A stretch of DNA of 62,912 nucleotides, filler included, from Collodictyon triciliatum (taxonomy: Eukaryota), in NCBI GenBank assembly GCA_043381765.1. It is 8 parts of 8 records of this genome, joined end to end, with 100 filler letters (N's around TTAATTAATTAA, not from the genome) between each part and the next. Parts side by side here need not be neighbours in the genome. Positions count along the whole stretch, not along the records: positions 36,684 to 46,065 come from JBHJMP010003042.1; positions 46,166 to 55,538 come from JBHJMP010003043.1; 6 more parts are not named here. The stretch is one strand, 5' to 3'. Position 1 is the first letter of the stretch; every line of letters begins with the position of its first letter. Made by a program: the position numbers and the translations under genes. Below the pieces are notes generated by a model. That model worked only from the letters and a program-made list of their open reading frames with translations. It did no database searches and was not told where the DNA came from. This document shows, piece by piece, positions 39,744 to 52,300 of the stretch.

Positions 39744-39791
39744 TTTTTTTTTTTTTTTTTTTTTTTTTTATTCTTCCTTTCAATTTTGTGC
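39704..39791 (-). mobile_element. Family B insert with about 68-nt poly(A) tail
   Basis: Long T-run plus ATTCTTCCTTTCAATTTTGTGC between perfect 16-bp repeats ACCAACTGAGAGGCTT (39688-39703, 39792-39807). Confidence 0.9.
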
Positions 39792-39805
39792 ACCAACTGA
39801 GAGGC

Positions 39806-42800
39806 TTAGTGGCCGCCGAACGGATTGTCAATCGAGGGAGATAGAGGACCGAAGAGCTACATTCCATGCGGCAATATTTCACATTCGTCAGTATACAGCC
39901 CACCCAGCAGAAATAATGGTGGTTAAATGAACACTGCTTCTGAACACCAAAAACAAAAAGAAAAACCAAAAGAAAAACCAAAAGAAAAACCAAAAGAAAA
40001 ACCAAAAGAAAAAAACCAAAAAAATTAACAGGCTATCACGATGATAATGAAAATAACTCACAATGAGCCCATCCTTTCCAACCACAGCTACTTCTTCCAG
40101 ACGGATTCCAAGCTCTCCAGTAATGTAAATCCCTGGCTCAACGGAGAATGTCATTCCTTTGTGTGTCATAGTGACATATATTAGTAATGAAGACAGAATA
40201 ATGATTGCGTTGAATAAAAATGGCAAATCCCGTTCGCCACGAAGAAAAATAAATTGGCTACCTTCTTCAAGGACAGTGTTGTTATTTCCTCGCACAGCGT
40301 AGGGCTCTTCGTGTCCCTGAAGGCCGATTCCATGGCCCAGACGATGAGTAAAGAAGTCATAGTCATAGCCAAATCCAGCCGCATCAACAACGTCACGCGC
40401 AGCCTAATTATGAATATATGTAAGATGAATTGCATTTTTTGACTATGTTCTGATTAAGCAATCTGAAAAGAGAAAATGAAACCCATTTCATATTTCCAAA
40501 ACTTCCCAATATCTTTTTGTTCCGGAAAAAAAAAACAGGTTTATTCTCAAACATGATTCATAAACGATTGGTTGAATTTCTTTCTATCGATCTCTTGATT
40601 AATTCAAGGCAAAATAGACATGTTTATAAATCAATATTGAAGACCTTATCAATATCAGCGAACGTAACACCTGGTCGTCCGACTCTCATGACAGCCTCCT
40701 GCGCTTCCTTCACAACGTTCCATATATCACGACTATCATTTTGTATTTATATTCGGCTGCAGTTAAAATTGGGACGTATCCAAGAGAATCGATCCGTACA
40801 TTACACTTTTCAGGGATTATGACCACACCTATACATTATTTTTATTGTAAAACCATGAGATGAAAAAAATTATTTTTTTTTATTGTTATTCATACGCTCT
40901 TTGTGTGATTGTACCGACAGCGAACGTGCGAGTGCAATCGGACTGGTAGCCATAAAGCTCACCTCCAGTGTCAACAAGGACAAGGTCACCATCAACCTAA
41001 GTGTTTGGAATTCATACCTCAAAATCAGATCAATAGATATAGTTAAAAATTGGGACTATGATGTCTTTCTGATAGTGTTGACAACATTACAAGAGCGTGA
41101 CTCGAGCCAGAGCCGTGCGGGAAAGCAGCGTTCGGCCCTACAATTTTTTTTATTTTGGTTGAGGGATAAGAAAATAGCATTTAGTTGGAATGAATAGGGC
41201 CTGGTAAAAAACATGAAAAAGTAAACATGAGAAAAAAAAGGAAAAAAAGAAAATGTTTCCAGTCCACGAATTATGCCAAGATATCCTACCAAATAGAATC
41301 AATGTCCACGTGTTTGTCAACCCAGCCGCAGACAAAGCGCTATGCATGATTGGGCTTAATTCCGATTCGATCATTCCAAGCTTGGCATGCTTCGAAACGG
41401 CAGCAATACTGTAATAGGCAAGATTTATTTTTGTATGAAATAAAATTTTAGCATCAAGATTTTCATTTCATATATCAGCTGTATAATAATATAAGAAAAA
41501 GCGTGGGATTTATGCATATAACAGTTTCCTTTATCGGCACTAAGATGCTACCTAGCCTTAGTAGCACGCTCGGCACAATCAAGAATGGCAATCTCAGCTG
41601 ACGATTTAACCATGCGTATCTGGATATAGATAACTGTAATTTTTCTTCTCTTTTCCCTTATTTCTTTTTTTTTTTCAAAAAAAAAAAAAGAAGAGGGTTA
41701 TGTATAAAAATTCCAAAAAAAATATTGTTCTTGTCAGAGATAACTTGAAGTATTTACCTCGCGAACGATTTCGAAACCATTCAAAACGGAATAAGAATGG
41801 GACAACTTTTTAATCAGACCCAAAAAAAAATAATAAATAAAACGATAGTTGGTAGCTTTTAAAAAGTCATAAAGTTATTGTGCAAGTCGAAAACTTTCGT
41901 TTTAAGTTAAAAGCAAAATACATTTGAAAACTTTGGCTATTTTTCTTTGAAATAGTACAGTACCATCGGCGATAAAGAATCGTGTTTCAGATTCGACATA
42001 GACAACTCCCCTTGTAGAAAAGCTCTTCAGGACTTGTTCCACCTACGAATGACATAAAATCGGTCCTTGAATGAGGGCAATAAGGTCAAACTACTTCAAA
42101 GTTACATTTTTGGAACATTTCCCTGAATTGAAGAGTTTTATCCGCAACATAAGTTCAACCATTTAAACGATATATTTCTTTTTTTTAAATAATAATAAAT
42201 AAATAATAATCATACGACAGTGTACGGGCTCTCATCCTCCTCCCACGTGTAAATGACTGCATCTTTGCCCAGCTGCAGGTTATTCATTTATTGAATTATT
42301 TTGGTACAATTCGTGAATTTCAAACAAAAAAATATTGGCGATGAGGGATATACCATCGCTCGTGCTTTGCCCTCCTCGAAAGACGGAGTCACAAAAGTAA
42401 CAGGGATTTTGGTGTCTGCTGGGATAATCATCAGGAAAGGACGTTCGCTGGGATATTTCCAATTTCAAGTGATTGATAAAATCTCAGAGATTTCACAAAG
42501 AGCAAAAGCAAACTGCGACTTCAACCACTCGCCTTACCTAAGTTTCCATGTGGCGTTCACGAAATACTTTAGAGTTGCTCCTGGCTCAGAGACGAAGGCA
42601 ATGGCGTTGAAACGGTGAAGATAGCTTCTCATTCTCTACATAGGATTTTTGCAAGGTATGAATCGCCATGCGAGTGTGAATCTTAGCAAACACTTGAAAG
42701 ATACACAGGGGTCTAAAAATGCCATGAGGAATGAAACTCTGAAGATGAAAAGCTTACGTCTTGGCGTTGGACAAACTCATGCGCACTGATGGGGGGAACT

Positions 42801-43106
42801 TGGCTGCAATACCCTTTCAGCTCGTCGAAGTTGTAACTGGTGCTATTGTGAAAGAAAAAAATAAAGGATGAAAAAACAATTCAGTTGCGAGATTGATTGA
42901 GTTGTACATAATTGATGGGATAATGATAGCGGCAGTGATATATACATATTATGAAAAGAGACACTAATTTTACTTGAAATATGGGATATAGATGTTTGTA
43001 AAAGAGCTCCGGATGAGCCAAACCTGGACTGAAGCCGAAGCGGGACGGCAACAGCTGCTCCAATCGCAAAGACAAAGACAGCTGCGAAAAGCGTCACGAT
43101 CCTCAT
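39806..43106 (-). CDS. Secreted M24 metallopeptidase (Xaa-Pro dipeptidase-like), multi-exon
   Basis: Signal peptide MRIVTLFAAVFVFAIGAAVA; SERPFL, THRLGHGIGLQGHEEPY, GMTFSVEPGIYITGELGIRLEE; ends LFGPLSPSIDNPFGGH*. Confidence 0.9.
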
Positions 43107-43478
43107 GCTTTTCAATTGTATGTTGTTTACGAGTGTGTGGGAAATAATAACGAGTCTGAAATAATAAACAGCCAGGGCCTCAAGTCACACGTGGACTTTG
43201 CAGCTGATCTTACTGGACTTTGGAAGGTGCGTCTCTTCATGGCGTTTCGGCTTGGACAAAGAATCGTGATCGGCTTTCAGAGGTTTTTTCTGCCAGCGGA
43301 AATGTTCGGAGGTGCCAGAAAAATCCACACATTTACTATTTGTGGAAAATTCATCCTATTAAATTTGTAAATGTGGAAACTATTCTCTCTTTTTTTTTCA
43401 GGCTAAGGGCTGTTGTTGGTGCCTCAGTCACGTGTTTATTTCGTTTTCTTGGCGCCTTGCTTCAGCCACGTCGCGTAT

Positions 43479-43504
43479 TTTTTTTTCCTTTATTCGATTC
43501 AAAG
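43479..43504 (-). mobile_element. Family A minimal insert (26 bp)
   Basis: T8-CCTTTATTCGATTCAAAG between perfect 17-bp repeats TCAGCCACGTCGCGTAT (43462-43478, 43505-43521). Confidence 0.9.
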
Positions 43505-43740
43505 TCAGCCACGTCGCGTATGACAGGCGCAAAAAGGGAGATTTGAAGGATTATGAAGTGGACTATTTTTTCTTTTGGAGAGATCGACTTTAGCAAAGTC
43601 ATATTTATAGACGTTTCCTTCGGTTTTCATCTTGAAGCTTTCCCTTCCGATTGTGTGTCGGTTGCGAGTTGGAAGCGGCAGAAACTTTTGAGTGGAAAGC
43701 CGCGATACCTCAGGATGACAGGAGGCATTGTGTGATGTAG

Positions 43741-45875
43741 TTACTCATTAGCAGGGCGAAGGACTAGTACCGATGGGTCCTTCTGACCAAAGAATCCGTC
43801 CACAAGATTGATGAGAACATTTAGATGGGGCAAGCACTCATCATCGCGGGTTTGCTGTTTGAAATGAGTCCATTCAGTTCAAATAATTCTTTAAGACTAA
43901 TATTTATGAACGAATCGAGAAATATTACAAAGAAAATACAGATAGACTTTTGGAAACAAAACAACAGAATATTTATCTCTTCATTTTCATGTTGGCAGTT
44001 TCGTCGAACAAACCAATCGCGAACGAAAGAAGGCACATCGACGCATGAGTGACATTAACTCGAACTGCGTGTCTGGATCAAGAATATTATCGAGCATAGT
44101 TAGAAGGGCATAAAGCCATGATCCTCTGACTCGCGGTCTATAAAATTGTGGGAGTTCCATGATCCATTCGATATGCATGCTGAGTAGACGCTGCACGTTA
44201 ACCTGCAAATTGGGCAATTAAAATCTCTTGTCTTTTCTCGAAAAAGAAACCAGGAATTCAACCACGGTAAATTTCTTTTGTCATTGATTACATGTTTCAA
44301 TTAAAAGTATGTCATATATCTACGCGAAAATCACATGTTAATCTTAGCAAGTAATGATTCAACATAATAGAGACCTGATCGAGCTGGCTTAATATGGATA
44401 TCACTGGCATGTTTTCTTCGGCGGGGATAATTTCAGGCCAGGATAGCACTGGGGACTCGGGTTCCTTCACCCCGAAGCAAAACACATGCCACGCTGATGA
44501 GTTTCTTGTCGATGGTATTTTGATCCCACTCCCATTTCTTTGGTTTGTGCCGTTCATCATTTTTTCCATATTCTATCAATATTTTACTTCTTATAGAAAC
44601 CAAACGACCACGTTTATAATAATGTGTAAATTGATGAATAGCAAATAAAACAAAACAAAACAAAACAAAACAAAACAAAACAAAACAAAACAAAACAAGA
44701 TAAAACAAGATAAAACAAGATAAAACAAGATAAAACAAGATAAAATAAGATAAGATAAAATAAGATAAGATAAAATAGGATAAGATAAAATAAGATAAGA
44801 TAAAATAAGATAAAATAAAATAAGATAAAATAAAATAAGATAAAATAAGATAAGATAAAATAAGATAAGATAAAATAAGATAAGATAAAATAAGATAAGA
44901 TAAAATAAGATAAGATAAAATAAGATAAGATAAAATAAGATAAAATAAGATAAAATAAGATAAGATAAAATAAGATAAAATAAGATAAGATAAGATAAAA
45001 TAAGATAAAATAAGATAAAATAAGATAAAATAAGATAAAATAAGATAAAATAAGATAAAATAAGATAAAATAAAATAAGATAAAATAAGATAAGATAAAA
45101 TAAGATAAAATAAGATAAAATAAGATAAATAAGATAAAATAAGATAAAATAAGATAAAATAAAATAAGATAAAATAAAATAAGATAAAATAAAATAAGAT
45201 AAAATAAAATAAGATAAAATAAAATAATACAAAACAAAATAGAACAAGATAGATACAACAGCAGCAAAGGAAGTCTAATGAAAAGGGAATTTGAAATGGC
45301 ATTTTCTTTGCATTCATGTTTTTTCCTCATAAAATAAAAAAAAAAGGACATATATGCATAAATAACCGTACAAATCGAACGTTCCGGAACTCATGCAAAA
45401 GCAGGCCTCGCCAGTCCGCCGTGGGAAGCCAGGACGGATCCAATGCGTCTGCACCAGGCTTCTTGAGACCCACGCCTTTCAAGACCGAGGGAATATAGTT
45501 TGTCTGCTGCTGTGTGAAGTTCTTTGGGTCCAGTCCAGAGGACATGTTGAAGGGGATGGACTTTGCCTCGGCCCGCACTCTCCGCAGATAGTCCAGCCCG
45601 TCAGACGGCGGCTCGTTCGGGTCTCCACTTGGAGCGCCGTCCACAGCAAACGCTCGCGGCAGCAAATGCGGATCGTTTTCTTCCTCGTCATCGTCATAGA
45701 AGTCGTCGTCGTAGTCATAGTCGTCGTCGTCTTCTTCGTGCTCTTCTTCGTCGTTGTAGTTGTCGTTCTCTTCATAGTCTCTATCAAACGTCTGAGTCTC
45801 GTGGGCGGAATCCTCGTCGTTGCTGTCTTTATCGCCCCTGCGATTCTTTGCGTTCGGCTGCGTCCAACGTGACAT
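43741..45875 (-). CDS. GEMIN2: Gemin2 / SIP1 (SMN complex), multi-exon
   Basis: PPSDGLDYLRRVRAEAKSIP, WLPTADW...F, PVISILSQLDQ, GSWLYALLTMLD...LMRRC, LNVLINLVDGFFGQKD. Confidence 0.9.
44645..45240. repeat. Compound pentamer array (CAAAA/TAAGA/TAAAA)n in Gemin2 intron 1
   Basis: About 600 bp of interleaved 5-bp units. Confidence 0.93.
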
Positions 45876-46365
45876 TCCTCCGGGCAACGAGCGTTTTCTT
45901 GTGGTGATCTTCTGTCATTTTTGTGGGCGTTCAAACCAGCTGATCAAATTGGCTCAACTTCAAAGAAGCTTTGGCGCTGGCTTTCCACAAAAAAGCCATA
46001 AAAAAAGCCATAAAAAAAGCCATAAAAAAAGCCATAAAAAAAAGCCATAAAAAAAGCCATAAAAANNNNNNNNNNNNNNNNNNNNNNNNNNNNNNNNNNN
46101 NNNNNNNNNTTAATTAATTAANNNNNNNNNNNNNNNNNNNNNNNNNNNNNNNNNNNNNNNNNNNNAAGAGAGAGAAAAAGAGAGAGAAAAAGAGAGAGAA
46201 AAAGAGAGAGAAAAAGAGAGAGAAAAAGAGAGAGAAAAAGAGAGAGAAAAAGAGAGAAAAGAGAGAAAATGAAAGAGAAAATGAAAGAGAAAATGAAAGA
46301 GAAACCATGATTTTATAATGAAAGGAAAAAGGATGATAAAGTACAAATTGAAATATACAAACCAC

Positions 46366-49300
46366 TAATCAGCCATTTTCTTTGTGGATCAAGTAGCAGC
46401 TTATGAGGCAAGCCAAATGGAACGCCATTCTTCAATGTCCATGAGCTGGAATTCGTTCGTAAATCCCATCCGTGAATATTCGATTTTGCTGTGGAAAAGA
46501 CGAGCATGGACTGAGGGTCTTCGTTAAAATGCTCGACGGCGATAATCGAACCCTCATGACGGTAGTTTGAAGTTGCCTATGATTGGTGATAAAGCATGAG
46601 AGTTATCAAGGAGTTCAAGCGGCGGTTTGGATCGAATCAATAGAGAAAGGGGAATGCGGTTTAAGGAACACAAAAATGTAAACATGATTTTTATTTCATT
46701 CAGTTAAAAAAAAAAATAGAACTGGAATAACATTGATAATATTAATGTCTCCACTTCTGGACACTATGATTTCTTTGAAATTGAGTGTTACTGGTGATAT
46801 TTCCCGAATAGTTGTTGTACTAGTATATCGATGTGCGCGGTCATTGGTGGCATAATCGAGTCTGAATACATGCACAGAACCGTTTCTGGAGTGTGGTATA
46901 ATGCATCAAAGTGTTATTTAACCCTTGGTATTCCATGTTTAATTGCCATAAGGTTAAGGGAAATGCGAAAGTAACAAAACAAAAACAAAAAAAAGCCACA
47001 ATTGGTCAGATAATTAATACAAAGATTTAGAAGCTTACTCTGACGCACAAGCAATGCTGTGGGTCCCTTCACATATAGTAATTGAGTTGATGCGGCCTCC
47101 TGAAAGCATATTAGGAAATTAACTAAAGAACTGCCTATTTATGTATTTACTCCTGCTGTAGAGAATGTGGTAAACTGTATAAAAAAATTGACTATCAACT
47201 CAAAGTAAAAGAAAAAGAAAGAGAAAGAGAAAGAGAAAAAGAAAGAGAAAGAGAAAAAGAAAGAGAAAGAGAAAAAGAAAGAGAAAAAGAAAGAGAAAGA
47301 GAAAAAGAAAAAGAAAAGGATGGGAGGAAGAGGGAACCTTGTGATTCATACGTCAGAACAGATCGATTGGTCGTATTTTTATCAATACGCTGTCATGGAG
47401 TTGATTTCGAGTTACTTGACAGGATGACATTCGAACTTAAGACGCATGCAGTATCTGCATATTATGAAAAGGAGGCTAACAAACCTGACAATCCCATATT
47501 TTAACTTTTCCATCATCAGAGCACGTAGCAAAGAAAGCGTTATCCTCTGCCACACGTATCTGACATAATTTTAGATCAATATTGGGTTCTTTTTTCTCTT
47601 TCTTTTTTCTTTTGAAGACAAAAGAAGTCTTCGTGTGATTTTTTTCCCTTTATTCGATTCAAAGGAAGTCTTCTTCATGTGACATTAAAGTAAAGCTTAA
47701 TTTTTTTCGGAGTCATCACAACGGAGGGGAAGAGTGTTAAATTAGCATCAGTATAGAAAGGCGTGAATACAAATAGGGAACTAAAGATGAGGTACGTAAT
47801 CGATCTCACCTGATTTATGGCGCCTCTATGGTCGACAAGATGACCCACAAGAATGCCTCTCGGTCTCCACGAGGCACTTCGGTTGAACGTCCCACTTTGG
47901 AAGGGAAGATGAATTTTGTCTCAAAACAATATAATTCCAATCCAAGTACGCGAAATGAAAATAAAAATGAAAATAAAAATTGAGAAATTGAGAAAGAAGC
48001 GTGGTCAGAAACACTCATCTAGCATTAATTCAATCCATATCTTAGGTATTACAAACCCGACTGGGATAGATGGTGCCATTCGTATTTGTTTCATGTCAGG
48101 GAGCGGTGGGAGTGATGTCTGGGCGAGTTTTGCTTGAAGAGCTTGACTTGCCTCCTGATCCAATGTATTTGAAATTTGGTTGTTGTTGGTATTGTTTTAT
48201 TTTGTTTTGGTGAGTTAGAGTCTCATGATCAATTCTAAACTCTTTTGCTTCATATCAGATAGATAATAGTATATGCTGATTTCCTGTCGTAATTACTTGA
48301 TTCAAAGACACAAAGTTCCTGAGAGGGCGGTTGAAAACAGGAAAAGATTGGTCAAATCCTATCTCTGTTGTGTTTCTATGAATAATAGGAATTTATTCTA
48401 CATGTTTTCCCACGTAAGTGCTTTTAAAGAAATATTTGACCCTTGTTCTTAATTTTCTCTTTACCTGCTCATCACATTTGGAGTCCTGAATAGATCCATT
48501 CATAAAATTTTCAAGTAGCATAGGAGAGGAAGAAGAAGAAGAAGAAGAAGAAGAAGAAGAAGAAGAAGAAGAAGAAGAAGAAGAAGAAGAAGAAGAAGAA
48601 GAAGAAGAAGAAGAAGAAGAAGAAGAAGAATAGAGAATAAATTAGGTCTTATCTTCAGAATGTAACATTTCTAATTCCCGAACTGACAAAATCTATATAT
48701 AAAAATACCCGCTCTGGGAGCTAAAATGGGGTGGTGTATGGAATTGTATTAGTTGGGAAAAAAAAAGAAAGGGAATTGATTGGAGACGAAATTGATGTAT
48801 TATACCAACTTTGGTTGATCATTTGGGTGGTAGGAACTAGAATATCCATTTTACATATAAATTTGGCTGCATTGCAATAAATAACTTACAAAGACCCGAT
48901 TGATTGGGCGATGGATTTTCTTGTCAAACTTGTTCCGGATTTATTCTATGATTGAAATTTAAAAGCGGTTCATTTTATCAACCCCCGTATATCATCGATA
49001 TGGAAAAATATAAATTATGTAAAGGTGATTTATTACGCTTGTATTGTCCGAGAAAGTTTCATAGACTGCAGAACCAACTTGAACAGTGTAATGTTTGACA
49101 TGCTGAGAAAGACTTCGAAAATGGTTCAGTTCTTGACTTAACTCGCTTTCACCGCCCGGCCCCGAAAACTGTTCCCTTTGTCGATTGATACTACAGTTTT
49201 GAAAAAAAATTAGTCGTGTATATAAATTTACATATTTATATAGTCAAAGAATATTGATGATATTTTCTAAATGAAGGTATTTATTTCGCTCGTTTATTAC

Positions 49301-52300
49301 GATCTTATTGCATGCGAAGTGGATTCTATGTAAGTTTGTATGGAGTGCAAGGCCACTTCATCAGCCTCCGACATATAGTCCGAATGAATCGTAAGCTGCT
49401 GGTTGTATATGTTCATCGGATATATCTATATTATTATTGAATGAATAATTCATTATACATCACAAATGCATGTGTAGTTTTTTTTTGAATTTTTTTTATT
49501 AATATCAAAAATCCTATATTCAAGTGTCTGCTTAAAATGGGCTATCTAGACCAGATCGATAGTTTTAAATGAAATTCATGAAAATATGGCTCATTAAATG
49601 TATCCACAAACATTCTTAAGCCGCCTTTCTTGAATATTTGTCTCTACGGCATTGGTGATTGTGACAAAATCACTGTTTGATCGAGCAAGCAGAGATATTT
49701 ATTAATAATTGTTCGAAAATTTCTATCAAAAGTGAGATAGGATTATGCAACTCTGAAATTATTTTAACAATACGGTTGCTTTTCAACAGGCTCTTGGAAC
49801 TTGTTTGGTCTCTCAGTTTTGTTCTCAATGGATAGATTCAACGCGTTTAAGAATGCTGTTCTTGATACCTTATTACGAAATAGTATTTTCCTTTCAGACC
49901 ATCAGTTTCAATTCTCGAAATTTACAGCTATTATAAATGGTAGATGATTCATTTTGAAAATGAATTCAATTATTCACCGGCGTTTTCAAGGCATTAAGCA
50001 GAGAAAGCTCAGTGACTTCTGATATATCATGTATCAGGTAGGGCTTTATACACGGGAGCAAATACGCGTGAATATCTATCAGCGGAAGTTTACTAGCGAC
50101 AGATGCAACAAACCCAACAGCAGCTAGTCAAGTGATCGATTAATTTAAGTGAAGAGAAAAAATAGGCTTTGAAGAATTAATTTTCAATGTAAATAAATGA
50201 ATAAACAAATGTCGGTATCGGTCTCGCAAGTTTAGCAACATAAAATAACCCTACCGTGTCGAATCCACAAATTTGGATGAACAAGGAGTAATACAACTTT
50301 CTTGAGTATTTCTACAAGAGTTGAAGTTCGAAAAAGCCCTAAATCTGAAAGGGATGCAAGGCAGCTCAAGCTTTTCTCCACCGCAAACTCTTCGTCATCT
50401 GCAGTATTTCATTTTATTTTTATAAAAAAACATCGAAATATATCGATTATATATCCAGAATATATGTACATGCAAAATGGATATGCATATATGGCTTTTA
50501 TATAAAGAAACAATGAAAATCATGATAGCATAATCTCTTACCTCCCAAAGCCTGTATTATGCAAGGTAAGATATAAGACTCTAGACTACTTCGACCCACA
50601 AAAGTACTCAGTCCAACGATATTTTGGAAAAATGCGCAACGTAACTGGATGAGTGATAATGAAGTGTGTCAGTCTACAGGAATAAAATGTAAAAATTATA
50701 CGCATAGGATACATTTTGGCTTTTGGATATCTCAAGGGTAATATCAATCAGATTTATTGGACATGTCTAGAGAGAATTAAGAATGGTAAATAACCTCCCA
50801 ATCTCTTTCATTTAAACTTGTAATTAGGCTTGGCAGTAGATATTCATCCGTTCGCTTTCGTCCAAAGAATATACATAATCGAGTGATGTCCTAGTGAATT
50901 ACAAAATGTTTAAAGATAGACTTTGGTCAAAAAATAATAAAAAAAAATGATGATTTGTTTTTGTTTGAAGGAATATGAAATTTCGTGTCGAATTCAATTG
51001 TTCTCATATCAAAATTCATTTATCCTTGTGGTAGATAATACATAATTATCGAATAAAGAATTCTGTACTTCTAGAATTGCTCGGCGAACAATAGGACTTC
51101 TATCGATCAAAACTTCTTCAATTACGATGTGCCGAAATATATCCTTTAAGTTTCTCAGGGCTATATCATAGCTCTCCTGAAGAGAAGAAGAAAAAAATGA
51201 TTCATTTGAGAATCAAATTGTACTTGCCAGTTTCAGACAAAAGGATATTGTTGATTGAGTCATAATTGAAAATTACCTGAACTTGAGAGCCAGCCTGTTT
51301 TTCGGATGCAACTGTGGCCATTTTTCGGATGGACTATGTTCATATGTTGCAAAGAAAAGATATGTTAGGTTAAATCTGGCCGACATACTTTGAATACTTG
51401 ATATAGTCTTCATATAGGAGGAATTGTTGTGCGAGGGTGGAGGGAAAACGACAGTCTGTGTGTTTTCTTTGTTTTTGTTTGTGGTTGTGGTTTTTTTCCC
51501 TTTATTCGATTCAAATTTTTGTTTGTGTTGTTGTTTGTGTTTTTGGATATATGCTTCAAACCTGAGCTATTTCAAGAAAGTTGCGAGCAATTTCACCAAG
51601 GCGGGCTATATTTTGAGCAAAAGCAGCTCTGACAATTTCGTCTGCGTCTATCGGAATGAGTGAAAGCGATGATATGATATATTCTTGGAAAACATTTGCA
51701 TCACTTAAAGGGAACGACTGTACCATGGCTAGCTGAATATAATTATGACATATTTTGAGAATCAAAACATTCATGACGCCCTTCAATTATTGTATACATT
51801 TTTATATAAAATCTTGATTTTTATAGAAATCACTGTATTAATAAGTGCAGACTCTTACCAAATCCACCAGTATATTGATGGCCTTTGCTTTGACCAGCGA
51901 GTTTGGGTCCAGTAACATGGATGCAACATAAGGAACGAGGCGCTATCGAAACCATTTATGAGTATTTATATATGTAAAATAAGTGTTTATAAATCACCAA
52001 AACCGTTTGTACAACATAACCGATAACATTTTTCATAATTCAAAGAGAAATGGACAGATATTGATATGATTTGGATACATTAAAAAGGACGTTCATTTTC
52101 AATTATGGGGAGTATATAAAGTCTTTACTTGGGTTAAACTTTTTTACCTGGAGTAAGTGTTCTCCTTCTACATATCTTGCAAAGTTCCATATGACTGTGA
52201 GCGCCGCTCTTTTTGAACTGGGAAATCGGACGTTTCGAATTGAACAGCAAACAATATTAAGGAAAAGAATGATGCTCTGGCCCCTCCTATGATCAAATGT

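Noticed and set aside
44433-45351. Long ORFs rich in ILFY/ILSY, and similar ORFs at 2795-3339, 12381-12807, 21051-21483, 53972-54710
   Set aside because: Translations of microsatellites or N gaps.
43741-45875. Gemin2 as part of the WDR77/CENATAC/CD2BP2 cluster
   Set aside because: Different scaffold; linkage unknown.
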